A stretch of 27,828 nucleotides of DNA from a virus (lineage: Duplodnaviria > Caudoviricetes). Made by a program: the position numbers and the translations under genes. The notes beneath the pieces are model-generated. The model saw only the letters and a program-made list of their open reading frames with translations. It made no database searches and was not told the DNA's origin. The first letter of the stretch is position 1. Every line of letters starts with the position of its first letter. The stretch is from IMG/VR virus record IMGVR_UViG_3300042195_000056, positions 1-27,828 of that record; one strand, 5' to 3'. Below are positions 1 through 6,995 of this stretch, piece by piece.

Positions 1-2067
1 ACAATCTCTGTCAGGAACGCGGCGTCGCTGGATGTAGTGGATCAGCTTGAGGTAGCGGCGTCGAAGCGCTGGCAAGCGACGGGCGACGACAGGACCAGGC
101 CAAGTCATCTGGAGGCTGACGGTCAGCAGGTGCCGATCAATGAGCCGTTCGAAGTCGGCGGCTCGGCACTGATGCATCCTGGCGACCCCAACGGGCCGCC
201 AGATCTCATAATTAACTGTCGTTGCACTATGACGTTCGAGTTCGACGAGGATGAGCTGCTGAGCCTACTGGAAGACGACGGTGCGCTAGTGGCTGCCGCG
301 AACGGCCATATCCCTAAGGGTTACCGGGATCAGCTCGTGGCCGCGTATAGCGGCACCGTCATAGATGGGGGCGATACGCTGACGGCAGCAGCAGACCAGG
401 AGGACATCATGGCGGATGACACGGACGGCATCATGCAGGGTGTCGCGATCGTTGAGGGTGAGCCGACCGGCGACGGCAGGCAGTTTGATTCGGTGTCGTG
501 GCCTGACCCCGCTCAGGTGATCATTCCGTTTGAGTGGCAGAAAGAAACCACCCACGGCGGCACCCACGATGTTGTGGTCCCGGTGGGGCGTGTAATCAGC
601 TTTGAGCGTGTCGGCAATGAGATCCGGTTTGAGGCGAAAATCGATCTCGGCTCAGCAGATGGCGCGGAAGCGTGGCGACGCTACAGCGAGGGCTTCATCG
701 GCGGCGTCTCGATTGTTGCCGACGATCCGGACGACCCGTTCAGCAAAGATGTCCAGCTGGTGTGGCCGGAACAGTGCGAGCTGACCGACGACATGTCCGA
801 AGAGCAAATGTTCGAGACCATGTTCTCGGCGGACTGCGCGTCACCAGATTTGGCGATCTTCCCCACGGCCCGTATCCGCTCCCTGACTCTGGTGAACACA
901 GCCGCGTTCATTGAGGCCACAGCCGATGTGCAACCGTTGGCCGCTTCTGGCGCGACGCATGTGGTGGAGATCCCGGATCGTCCGCCGCTGGCCTGGTTCC
1001 AGGAACCCTCTGAGGCACCGGAGATCGGCTTGATTCAGGTTACTGACGCTGGACGGGTGTACGGCTATGTAGCACCTAAGGGCGTGGCGCACAGGGCGAT
1101 CGCCGACCGCGACGTGCAGGTGCCTCTAGGGAATGTGGACTACAGGTCGTGGATGAACCGGCCCACCATTTTGGACACTGGTGAACGCATCGCTACAGGT
1201 GTTGTGACGATGGACTGTGGCCACGCGTCAACGATGGCTTGGGTCGGCGCGAAACAGTCGATCGACCACTACGACAACGCCTGCAGCGTGATCGCGTCGG
1301 CGCGCATCGGCGAGAACGCGTACGGGGTGTGGATCGCCGGGGCGCTCATGCCAGGTGTGACCGGTACTCAAGTGGCGCGCATGATGGCCTGCCAACTGTC
1401 CGGCGACTGGCGTCCACATCGGGCCAAGGTCGGGTGGCGGGAGTTCACGGCCGCTCTGGTGGTGCCGGTTCCGGCTTTGACGGCTCCGTCGATGCGTATC
1501 CAGGGGGGCGCTTTGGTGGCGTCTGCTGTGCCCATCAAAATGTCGTGGTCGAACCCGCTAGTTGCGTCGGTGGTGGGTGAGGTTGATTTGCCGGTAGCGC
1601 CTCGTGACACCGAATGGGACGGCCAGGCCGCGCAGACTAGGGTGTTCGATTTGTGCACGGACGGCGACACGGTCGATGCGGAGTGTGTGTCGCGGGCGTT
1701 CCTGTGGCGCGACAACGACGCCGACCCGACCACACGTGAGGCGTACAGCCTGGGGTTCGCGGATGTGGTTGAGGGCCGTCTGCAGATCGTCCCAGCCGGT
1801 GTTGCCGCTACCGCTGGCGGCAGGGGTGTGGACGCGACCGATATTGCATCTGAGGACAAGGACCGCATCAAGTCCCGTATTTGCTCCCTGTACGACCAGA
1901 TCCAGGACCAGATCGATGATTGGCCGGACTGCCCGTTTGAGCGCGAGAGTGAGACGTCTGCAGCCGCTACGCGTGCGTTCTCGGTGTACGCGAAGACCAT
2001 CATGTCGGGTGCCGGTCTAGACGAGACGAGCAGGGCAGCTAGGGCGATGGAAGGGGTCATGTCGTGA
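1..2067 (+). CDS. 5'-truncated head morphogenesis polyprotein: MuF-like (minor head) domain, capsid maturation protease-like domain and two further domains
   Basis: Frame is open from base 1. The N-terminal KRWQATGDDRTRPSH...HPGDPNGP...INCRCT is the MuF C-terminal signature. VEGEPTGDGRQF...VGRV...GGVSI resembles actinophage prohead protease domains. It lies upstream of the capsid genes. Confidence 0.8.
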   Translation, partial: TISVRNAASLDVVDQLEVAASKRWQATGDDRTRPSHLEADGQQVPINEPFEVGGSALMHPGDPNGPPDLIINCRCTMTFEFDEDELLSLLEDDGALVAAANGHIPKGYRDQLVAAYSGTVIDGGDTLTAAADQEDIMADDTDGIMQGVAIVEGEPTGDGRQFDSVSWPDPAQVIIPFEWQKETTHGGTHDVVVPVGRVISFERVGNEIRFEAKIDLGSADGAEAWRRYSEGFIGGVSIVADDPDDPFSKDVQLVWPEQCELTDDMSEEQMFETMFSADCASPDLAIFPTARIRSLTLVNTAAFIEATADVQPLAASGATHVVEIPDRPPLAWFQEPSEAPEIGLIQVTDAGRVYGYVAPKGVAHRAIADRDVQVPLGNVDYRSWMNRPTILDTGERIATGVVTMDCGHASTMAWVGAKQSIDHYDNACSVIASARIGENAYGVWIAGALMPGVTGTQVARMMACQLSGDWRPHRAKVGWREFTAALVVPVPALTAPSMRIQGGALVASAVPIKMSWSNPLVASVVGEVDLPVAPRDTEWDGQAAQTRVFDLCTDGDTVDAECVSRAFLWRDNDADPTTREAYSLGFADVVEGRLQIVPAGVAATAGGRGVDATDIASEDKDRIKSRICSLYDQIQDQIDDWPDCPFERESETSAAATRAFSVYAKTIMSGAGLDETSRAARAMEGVMS

Positions 2068-2366
2068 CGTATCCGTTGACTGGCGCTGATCTGGCGCGGC
2101 AGCACGCTAACGCGTTGATCCGCGAGGCACGAGAGAAACGAGCCGCCGAGGAGGCGGCTAAAGTTGAGCCACGTAGGCGGCAGACCAGACGCAGTAAGAG
2201 CGAACAGGAGAATCAGGATGTGCGGGTGCGGGAAGAAGACGGAGACGTTCGTGTCGGGGGCGCAGTTGCAGAAGCAGGCGCAGGGCCGGGCGACGGCAAC
2301 GAAGACGCGGATCAAGCAGCGACGGAAGATCGAGACGAAGACGGTCAAGACCCAGTCGAGTTCTGA
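2064..2366 (+). CDS. hypothetical protein (100 aa), charged
   Basis: GTG start overlaps the upstream TGA (GTGA) and is preceded by GAAGGGG. The 3' half overlaps 2218..2382 in another frame. Confidence 0.5.
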   Translation: MTYPLTGADLARQHANALIREAREKRAAEEAAKVEPRRRQTRRSKSEQENQDVRVREEDGDVRVGGAVAEAGAGPGDGNEDADQAATEDRDEDGQDPVEF

Positions 2367-2382
2367 ACCGGTCTCGGTGTGA
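2218..2382 (+). CDS. small basic protein (54 aa, MCGCGKK...)
   Basis: AGGAG upstream of ATG 2218. The stop overlaps the GTG of the next gene (GTGA). N-terminal CGCG peptides are common near actinophage capsid genes. Confidence 0.6.
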   Translation: MCGCGKKTETFVSGAQLQKQAQGRATATKTRIKQRRKIETKTVKTQSSSEPVSV

Positions 2383-3071
2383 TCCCGAGGACGATTCACC
2401 GGATCTGGCTGAATGAACGTGACGGCACCGACGATGTGATGCCGGGCGAGTTCGAACAATACGGCGACGAGTGGGCGCACCTACATCCCGACTGGGCAGT
2501 CATCACGTGGCGTAGCCGGGAAGGGTTGCCGAGGCTGCAGAACCAGTCCACGTTCGACAGGGCGCAAGAGTTCGCACCGAAGGACTGGAAACGCTTCGAA
2601 GCCGATCTGTTGAGGTTGGAGCTGCTGTGGCTGTTCGGCGGCGTCTACGTCGACTGTGATGTGGAGCCGTTGAAGCCGTTCGATCCGTTGCTTGATGGAA
2701 ACTCGGCTTTCGTTGCGTTTTCGCCGAACCGGGCAGGCAACAAACGGGTATTGACGCAGGCCATCATGGCTGCGGCACCGGGGCATCGTTTCTTGCGGCA
2801 TTGCATCGAAGAGCTACCAGCCGCAGCTAGGCGGTATGCAGGTAGGTCGTTGGCTCAGCAGATCGGCCCGTACCACGTAGATCGCGTATACAAGCGTTAT
2901 GCGAACTCGATGCGTGCCGCTGGTGAGCCGGTGACGGTGTTCAACGCGGAAGTGTTCTATCCGCAGTCGAACAGGGACCGAGACGCCGGGCGACCAGTAG
3001 ATCTGTCGAAGTCATTCGCGTGGCATAAATATGCGAACACTCGCGATAAACGACACGGCGGTGTGAAGTGA
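2379..3071 (+). CDS. glycosyltransferase family 32 (DXD, OCH1/mannosyltransferase-like)
   Basis: MIPRTIHRIW start, ADLLRLELLWLFGGVYVDCDVEPLKPFD with a DxD motif, and a downstream GP motif. Confidence 0.9.
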   Translation: MIPRTIHRIWLNERDGTDDVMPGEFEQYGDEWAHLHPDWAVITWRSREGLPRLQNQSTFDRAQEFAPKDWKRFEADLLRLELLWLFGGVYVDCDVEPLKPFDPLLDGNSAFVAFSPNRAGNKRVLTQAIMAAAPGHRFLRHCIEELPAAARRYAGRSLAQQIGPYHVDRVYKRYANSMRAAGEPVTVFNAEVFYPQSNRDRDAGRPVDLSKSFAWHKYANTRDKRHGGVK

Positions 3072-3640
3072 AAGCGGCCGACGTCCCAGGCAGGCTGTCT
3101 GAGGCCGCTGGGGAAGAACTCAGGGCGCTCGCGGCGAAGGTTCCAGCCGACCAGTTGATAGTCGAAATCGGGGCCTATCTGGGGCGCTCAACGTGCTTTC
3201 TCGCCGAAGGGTCACGCGCGGGACAACGGGCGCAAGTGGCGTCGGTTGATGCGTGGGATCTCGACGGCAACACCACAGGCCCGGACGCAAACCCTGGCAT
3301 GTATGTAGAGCCAGACAATTACAGCAGGTACCTGACGCATGTTGAGGCGTGCGGCGTGCGCGGCCTCGTGACACCTGTGCAGGCGTTCAGCTCGGAAGCG
3401 GAGATCCCAGACACACCGATCGGGCTCTTGTTCATTGACGCTGCCCACGACTACGAGGGCGTCAAGGCGGACATACGCCGCTATGTGCCCCGCGTGGCCC
3501 GTGGCGGCGTGGTTGTGTTCGATGACTACAAGACACACTGCCGGGGCGTAGACAAGGCCGTGGACCGGCTACTACGTACCCGTCGCACATGGCCTTACCG
3601 CCGTGCCGCTAACCGACTGATGATCGTGACAAAGAGGTAA
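3068..3640 (+). CDS. class I SAM-dependent methyltransferase (Methyltransf_24-like)
   Basis: IVEIGAYLGRST motif I, LLFIDAAHDYEGVKAD and GGVVVFDDY. GTGA-coupled to the GT32 gene. Confidence 0.9.
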   Translation: MKAADVPGRLSEAAGEELRALAAKVPADQLIVEIGAYLGRSTCFLAEGSRAGQRAQVASVDAWDLDGNTTGPDANPGMYVEPDNYSRYLTHVEACGVRGLVTPVQAFSSEAEIPDTPIGLLFIDAAHDYEGVKADIRRYVPRVARGGVVVFDDYKTHCRGVDKAVDRLLRTRRTWPYRRAANRLMIVTKR

Positions 3641-3643
3641 AAC

Positions 3644-3934
3644 ATGGAATCGTTCTTTGCTCAGAAGGTGCTACTACCGTTCGACAGTTCGACGTTGCTC
3701 GTTGAGGCCGCCGATTTCGACCGGACTGTGGTGTTCACGTACATGACGCATCCGACACTCTTCGCGTTCGACGCGTTCGCAGTAACGACCGGGGCATCCG
3801 GTGAGTGGACGCAAGCTAACCCGGCTGACCTCAGCGACCGATTCAGCTTCACTCTCCCCGCTGGTCGCGAACTTTGGGCCGGACACACGGCGGATGGTCA
3901 GTCGGCGGCGCTCGGATTTCTTGTCACGTCATGA
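3644..3934 (+). CDS. hypothetical beta-rich protein (96 aa)
   Basis: AGAGG upstream of the ATG. It fills the gap exactly, and its stop overlaps the next ATG (ATGA). Confidence 0.75.
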   Translation: MESFFAQKVLLPFDSSTLLVEAADFDRTVVFTYMTHPTLFAFDAFAVTTGASGEWTQANPADLSDRFSFTLPAGRELWAGHTADGQSAALGFLVTS

Positions 3935-4884
3935 ACCGGTATCAGCCACAATGGGTAGACGGCAGGACGACGGGTACGGCTGAGCGGCCTTGTGTGGACC
4001 GCTACGACGCGTTCCTGCCTTCCTTGGAGGAAGCCTCCCGGAACGCATTCGACGGGCTGCACGTGCTTGATGTGGGTGCGGCGGAGGGCTATTTCACGGC
4101 ACGCATCGCCGACGAACTGGATGCCTCCGTCACTGCTGTTGATCCGAACCCGCGTCTTGCTGACGTCAGTAAACGTCCACACGTCACTGTGATACCGAAA
4201 CGTCTAGGGCCAGTGCAGCTCGCCAGGCTTCCCCGGCACGATGTGGTGCTGGCGTTGTCGGTGCTGCACCATTTTGAGCACTGGAAAGCCGCCCTGAAAG
4301 AACTCGTCGCCTGCCGCGACACCGCGATCATCGAGGTTCCTCACCCGTCTGAGCGGTGGATGCGATCCGCAGCAGCACGACACCAGCTCGGCGCGTTGCA
4401 CGACGCGGTAGCCAAACGGCCGGGGGCACGGCTGTTGGGCGAGTTTGAGCGCACCTCACGTGACGGTAGGGAAACGTTCCTGCGTCCCATGTATGCCCTC
4501 CCCGGCACCGTGCGGACCGTTACGGGGAGAGTGTTCGGCGGTGCTGGTAGTAATAGCCGCAACCTGCGCCGTCACGCCGATAGTGCCCTGACACACACAC
4601 TCGGGTATGCCCCGTTCCCCGGATCGTTGAACCTGAACATCGGCAAACCACCTGCCAGCATTCTGGAAGAGCCGTGGGCGACATGGGCACGCCCACAAGG
4701 ACGGCGTAAAGCGGTTTACAAGATTTGGCGGGCGTGGATCGGCGACATGCCCGTGCATGCAATGATCCCGCACACGTCACACGTCAACACGATCGAGATT
4801 TGGGCACCCGCCAAACTACGGGACGCCCTGGATCTGGTTGACGGTTCGCGGGTCACGGTCGACGTTGAGGTATCGAACAGGTAA
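3931..4884 (+). CDS. fusion: SAM-dependent methyltransferase (WbdD-like) plus CTP-dependent riboflavin kinase-fold (DUF120/RibK-like) domain
   Basis: The N-domain has VLDVGAAEGYF and DVVLALSVLHH. The C-domain (from ~4513) has GRVFGGAG, LGYAPFPGSLNL and IEIWAPAKLRDALDLVDG. Start set at the ATGA-coupled ATG 3931. Confidence 0.8.
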   Translation: MNRYQPQWVDGRTTGTAERPCVDRYDAFLPSLEEASRNAFDGLHVLDVGAAEGYFTARIADELDASVTAVDPNPRLADVSKRPHVTVIPKRLGPVQLARLPRHDVVLALSVLHHFEHWKAALKELVACRDTAIIEVPHPSERWMRSAAARHQLGALHDAVAKRPGARLLGEFERTSRDGRETFLRPMYALPGTVRTVTGRVFGGAGSNSRNLRRHADSALTHTLGYAPFPGSLNLNIGKPPASILEEPWATWARPQGRRKAVYKIWRAWIGDMPVHAMIPHTSHVNTIEIWAPAKLRDALDLVDGSRVTVDVEVSNR

Positions 4885-4962
4885 CGTGTGCCACAGACCC
4901 CATGGTTGTCGACCCAATCCACACAGCTCGATACCCGGTGTCTCGTATCTCTCCAAGATACT

Positions 4963-5001
4963 GTGACGGCCCCGAAGCCACTAAAGCCTCGGGGCCGTCA
5001 C
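4963..5001. terminator. strong hairpin between convergent genes, probable (bidirectional) terminator
   Basis: GTGACGGCCCCGA...TCGGGGCCGTCAC forms a perfect 13-bp stem, extendable to 16 bp with one G-U on the minus transcript. No long U tract. Confidence 0.75.
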
Positions 5002-5015
5002 TCTCACTTAGCAGA

Positions 5016-5210
5016 TCAGCCAGTCGAATCCGCTCGCTGCTTAGCGCGATCGTACCTGCAGCCGTCACAGTCGCGGCATGGTGTCGTGACGCCGTCTCGC
5101 GTGCAATGCCACTCATTGGGAGCGTCCTCAGCCATGTTGCAATACAGCCTATGGGTGTGGCAGAAACCGTCGTCCATGTCGAATGTGTGGGGTGATGTGT
5201 TGTGTGTCAT
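5016..5210 (-). CDS. small Cys/His-rich hypothetical protein (64 aa)
   Basis: ATGA-coupled to the upstream gene and preceded by GGAAGGA. Contains CHTHRLYC and CRDCDGC. Confidence 0.6.
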   Translation of the reverse strand: MTHNTSPHTFDMDDGFCHTHRLYCNMAEDAPNEWHCTRDGVTTPCRDCDGCRYDRAKQRADSTG

Positions 5211-5419
5211 GGCGTGGTTCCTTCCGAGTCGGTGATCTGCCAGCGACCGATCGTGTGGCCGCTCTTGTCACTTACTGCTGATTCGGTCATGCCCTCATTG
5301 AGCTTCGACGGAATCTCAAGCAGGATGCGGGCGATCTCAGAATCCCGCTCGTAGTCGCCGCCGCTAGCTCTGACAGGCGTGATGGCTTCAAGGTCAAATT
5401 CCAACGTGAATCTAGCCAT
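5207..5419 (-). CDS. small phage hypothetical protein (70 aa)
   Basis: AGGAGAG RBS. EIARILLEI...D.SGHTIGRW resembles a recurrent small phage protein family. Confidence 0.8.
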   Translation of the reverse strand: MARFTLEFDLEAITPVRASGGDYERDSEIARILLEIPSKLNEGMTESAVSDKSGHTIGRWQITDSEGTTP

Positions 5420-5490
5420 TGCTCTCTCCTATTCTCTGAAAGTCTGTCAGCTAGGGGGCACGGGATCTCAGCCCTCGGTGCCTGGACCGG

Positions 5491-5823
5491 TCAAGCGTTG
5501 TGGGAGTCGGGTTTGACCCAAAACTTGTACGTCCCGGCTGGCCCCTCAAACGTGTACGTGTAATACGGGACGCCCATAATCTGGTCTTGATTGTCGTTGT
5601 TGTGCTCAGCCAGAGCAATCAAGCGGCGTAGTGCGGCGGCCGCCCTCGTGTCGGCTTCGCGGCTAGTCAGCGTAAGGGCGTAAGTGGCTAGGTCTTCAAG
5701 GTCGATAGCCTCAGACTCGATGTCGTCGATGACGGCGTGGAACGCCTCGGTCAGCGTGGGGAAGTCGCGTGCCGGGTAGCGGTTGTTACCGACGAGCCAG
5801 GTGGTTTCGGCGATGGTTTTCAC
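5491..5823 (-). CDS. hypothetical protein (110 aa)
   Basis: AGGAGA RBS overlaps the upstream TAG; GTG start. Confidence 0.75.
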   Translation of the reverse strand: MKTIAETTWLVGNNRYPARDFPTLTEAFHAVIDDIESEAIDLEDLATYALTLTSREADTRAAAALRRLIALAEHNNDNQDQIMGVPYYTYTFEGPAGTYKFWVKPDSHNA

Positions 5824-5832
5824 GGGTTTCTC

Positions 5833-5946
5833 CTAGGGCAGTAGTGGGCCAGCAAGACTGGCGGCGGCGATGCATATGGCGACGATCACGGCTACAGCGG
5901 CGAGAGATGCTAGGCCGCACCACACGTGCGGCTCGACGCGCCTCAC
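5833..5946 (-). CDS. 37-aa single-pass membrane peptide (not in ORF track)
   Basis: Translates to MRRVEPHVWCGLASLAAVAVIVAICIAAASLAGPLLP. The GTG overlaps the upstream TGA, and the TAG runs into the next RBS. Confidence 0.65.
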   Translation of the reverse strand: MRRVEPHVWCGLASLAAVAVIVAICIAAASLAGPLLP

Positions 5947-6356
5947 GATGCGTCTCCGTATTCGATCGGGCAGTTAGTGGCTTCCCACACGCGGGCAGCG
6001 GTACGCCGGTACCATCCGGCAGGCAAAGGTGCCTCGGTGTACGCAAGCGGCGACATGACGTATTCGACGTCGCCGTCGGACCGGAACGCTATGTAAGAAC
6101 GTCCGGGTGTGTGCTGCTCAAACACCTGGGTCATCCGCTGCACGTAGCGGCTAGTTTCAGCGGCGAGCCGGTCCATCTCCAAAGCAACAGCCTCGGGGAT
6201 AGCACGCTGCCCCATCTCCCAGCGCCGTATCGTGCGCGGCACAACGTCGAGATGGTCGGCTAGCCAGTCTTGTGTCAGGCCGAGGTACTCGCGGACACAC
6301 CGTAGCTCTGCGTCGCTCATGTTGATCGCCGCGTTGTCTTGCGTCGGTCCGTTCAT
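5943..6356 (-). CDS. XRE-type HTH regulator, Aca2/YdiL (DUF1870)-like
   Basis: MSDAELRCVREYLGLTQDWLADHLDVVPRTIRRWEMGQRAIPEAVALEM is a clear HTH, followed by a C-terminal GWYRRTAA helix. ATGA-coupled to the upstream gene. Confidence 0.8.
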   Translation of the reverse strand: MNGPTQDNAAINMSDAELRCVREYLGLTQDWLADHLDVVPRTIRRWEMGQRAIPEAVALEMDRLAAETSRYVQRMTQVFEQHTPGRSYIAFRSDGDVEYVMSPLAYTEAPLPAGWYRRTAARVWEATNCPIEYGDAS

Positions 6357-6649
6357 CGCTGCGCCACCTCGTCCCGGATGTTCGCCGAATCGCGAGGGTC
6401 CAGCTCGGTGAAGTTCAGGTCATGAGCCTCGACGTAATCGACGAGCGCGTCCCATGCCGTTTGCTCGACGTGCGAATCGGCGTCGTTGTCGCGGTACGCC
6501 TGTGCCCATGCAGCTCGCAGGCGGCGATACTCGGCAGACGGTTCGCGGGTGGTGTCGTAGTGGGGGCCGGTGGGGTCGGGGTCGGGGTTTCGTAAAAGCT
6601 CTGCGTTGGCCAGCTCTTCTGCGTAGTCGCGTTCGTCCTGCTGGTTCAT
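6353..6649 (-). CDS. small acidic hypothetical protein (98 aa)
   Basis: AAGGGGAG RBS before ATG 6649 (MNQQDERD...). About 24 D/E against 10 R. Confidence 0.8.
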   Translation of the reverse strand: MNQQDERDYAEELANAELLRNPDPDPTGPHYDTTREPSAEYRRLRAAWAQAYRDNDADSHVEQTAWDALVDYVEAHDLNFTELDPRDSANIRDEVAQR

Positions 6650-6654
6650 GATCT

Positions 6655-6926
6655 CCCCTTTAAGGGTCTGGGCGGTTCCGGATGTTGTCGGGTGACTTGT
6701 GTAAGCAGGCGTGCTCAACGCGCAGCTCAAGCCCCCTCTACGTATGACCTGTGTGCGTCGAGGTAGGCATCCCACGCTTGGTTCTCATTTTCGTGCGATT
6801 CGGCGCTGTCATCTTCCTGCCACCGGTCGTGCGCGATCTTCCATGCGCGGTAGGCGGCGTTGAAGCGGCTGAGTTCGTCCCGAGTAGGCATGCTCTTCCC
6901 CTTTATGGGTCTGGGTCTGGGCGGTT
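6655..6926 (-). repeat. two copies of a start-associated leader motif AACCGCCCAGACCC..TAAAGGGG (6655-6677 and 6898-6926)
   Basis: Plus-strand cccctttaagggtctgggcggtt versus cccctttatgggtctgggtctgggcggtt, each directly upstream of an ATG. Confidence 0.8.
6727..6891 (-). CDS. small acidic hypothetical protein (54 aa, not in ORF track), paralogue of 6353..6649
   Basis: Translates to MPTRDELSRFNAAYRAWKIAHDRWQEDDSAESHENENQAWDAYLDAHRSYVEGA. AAGGGGAAG RBS; first gene after the promoter. Confidence 0.75.
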   Translation of the reverse strand: MPTRDELSRFNAAYRAWKIAHDRWQEDDSAESHENENQAWDAYLDAHRSYVEGA

Positions 6927-6945
6927 GCCCTGACCTCGTGATCTC

Positions 6946-6974
6946 AACCTATAGTCCGCTTATGGGACTGTCAA
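6946..6974 (-). promoter_or_regulatory. housekeeping-sigma promoter TTGACA-N17-TAGGTT with palindromic operator AGTCC-N7-GGACT (6953-6969)
   Basis: Perfect -35, 17-nt spacer and TANNNT -10, positioned directly upstream of the minus-strand operon. Confidence 0.8.
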
Positions 6975-6978
6975 GCGG

Positions 6979-6995
6979 TATGATCGTGGGCTATG
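6979..6995 (+). promoter_or_regulatory. -10 element TATGAT, probable leaderless start of the sulfotransferase gene
   Basis: TATGAT (6979-6984) lies 8 nt before ATG 6993, which has no convincing SD sequence. Confidence 0.5.

Noticed and set aside
1368-2480. Long antisense ORFs (370 aa here; also 11718..12413, 16206..16907, 19348..20133, 24110..24742)
   Set aside because: They shadow well-supported + strand genes, have no motifs or RBS, and are expected in high-GC DNA.
4513-4884. RibK-like domain as a flavin-metabolism auxiliary gene
   Set aside because: It is fused to a methyltransferase among glycosyltransferases with no flavin genes nearby, so a repurposed role is more parsimonious, though untested.
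5420-6726. Solitary CRISPR-repeat-like (RNA anti-CRISPR) units in island spacers
   Set aside because: The hairpin at ~5457-5482 and the 6650-6726 spacer do not resemble CRISPR repeats I can recognise.
4885-6990. Antisense island as an IS/transposon or invertible segment
   Set aside because: No transposase or recombinase. The only flanking similarity (CAGACCC near 4894 versus 6907-6913 reversed) is too short to be meaningful.
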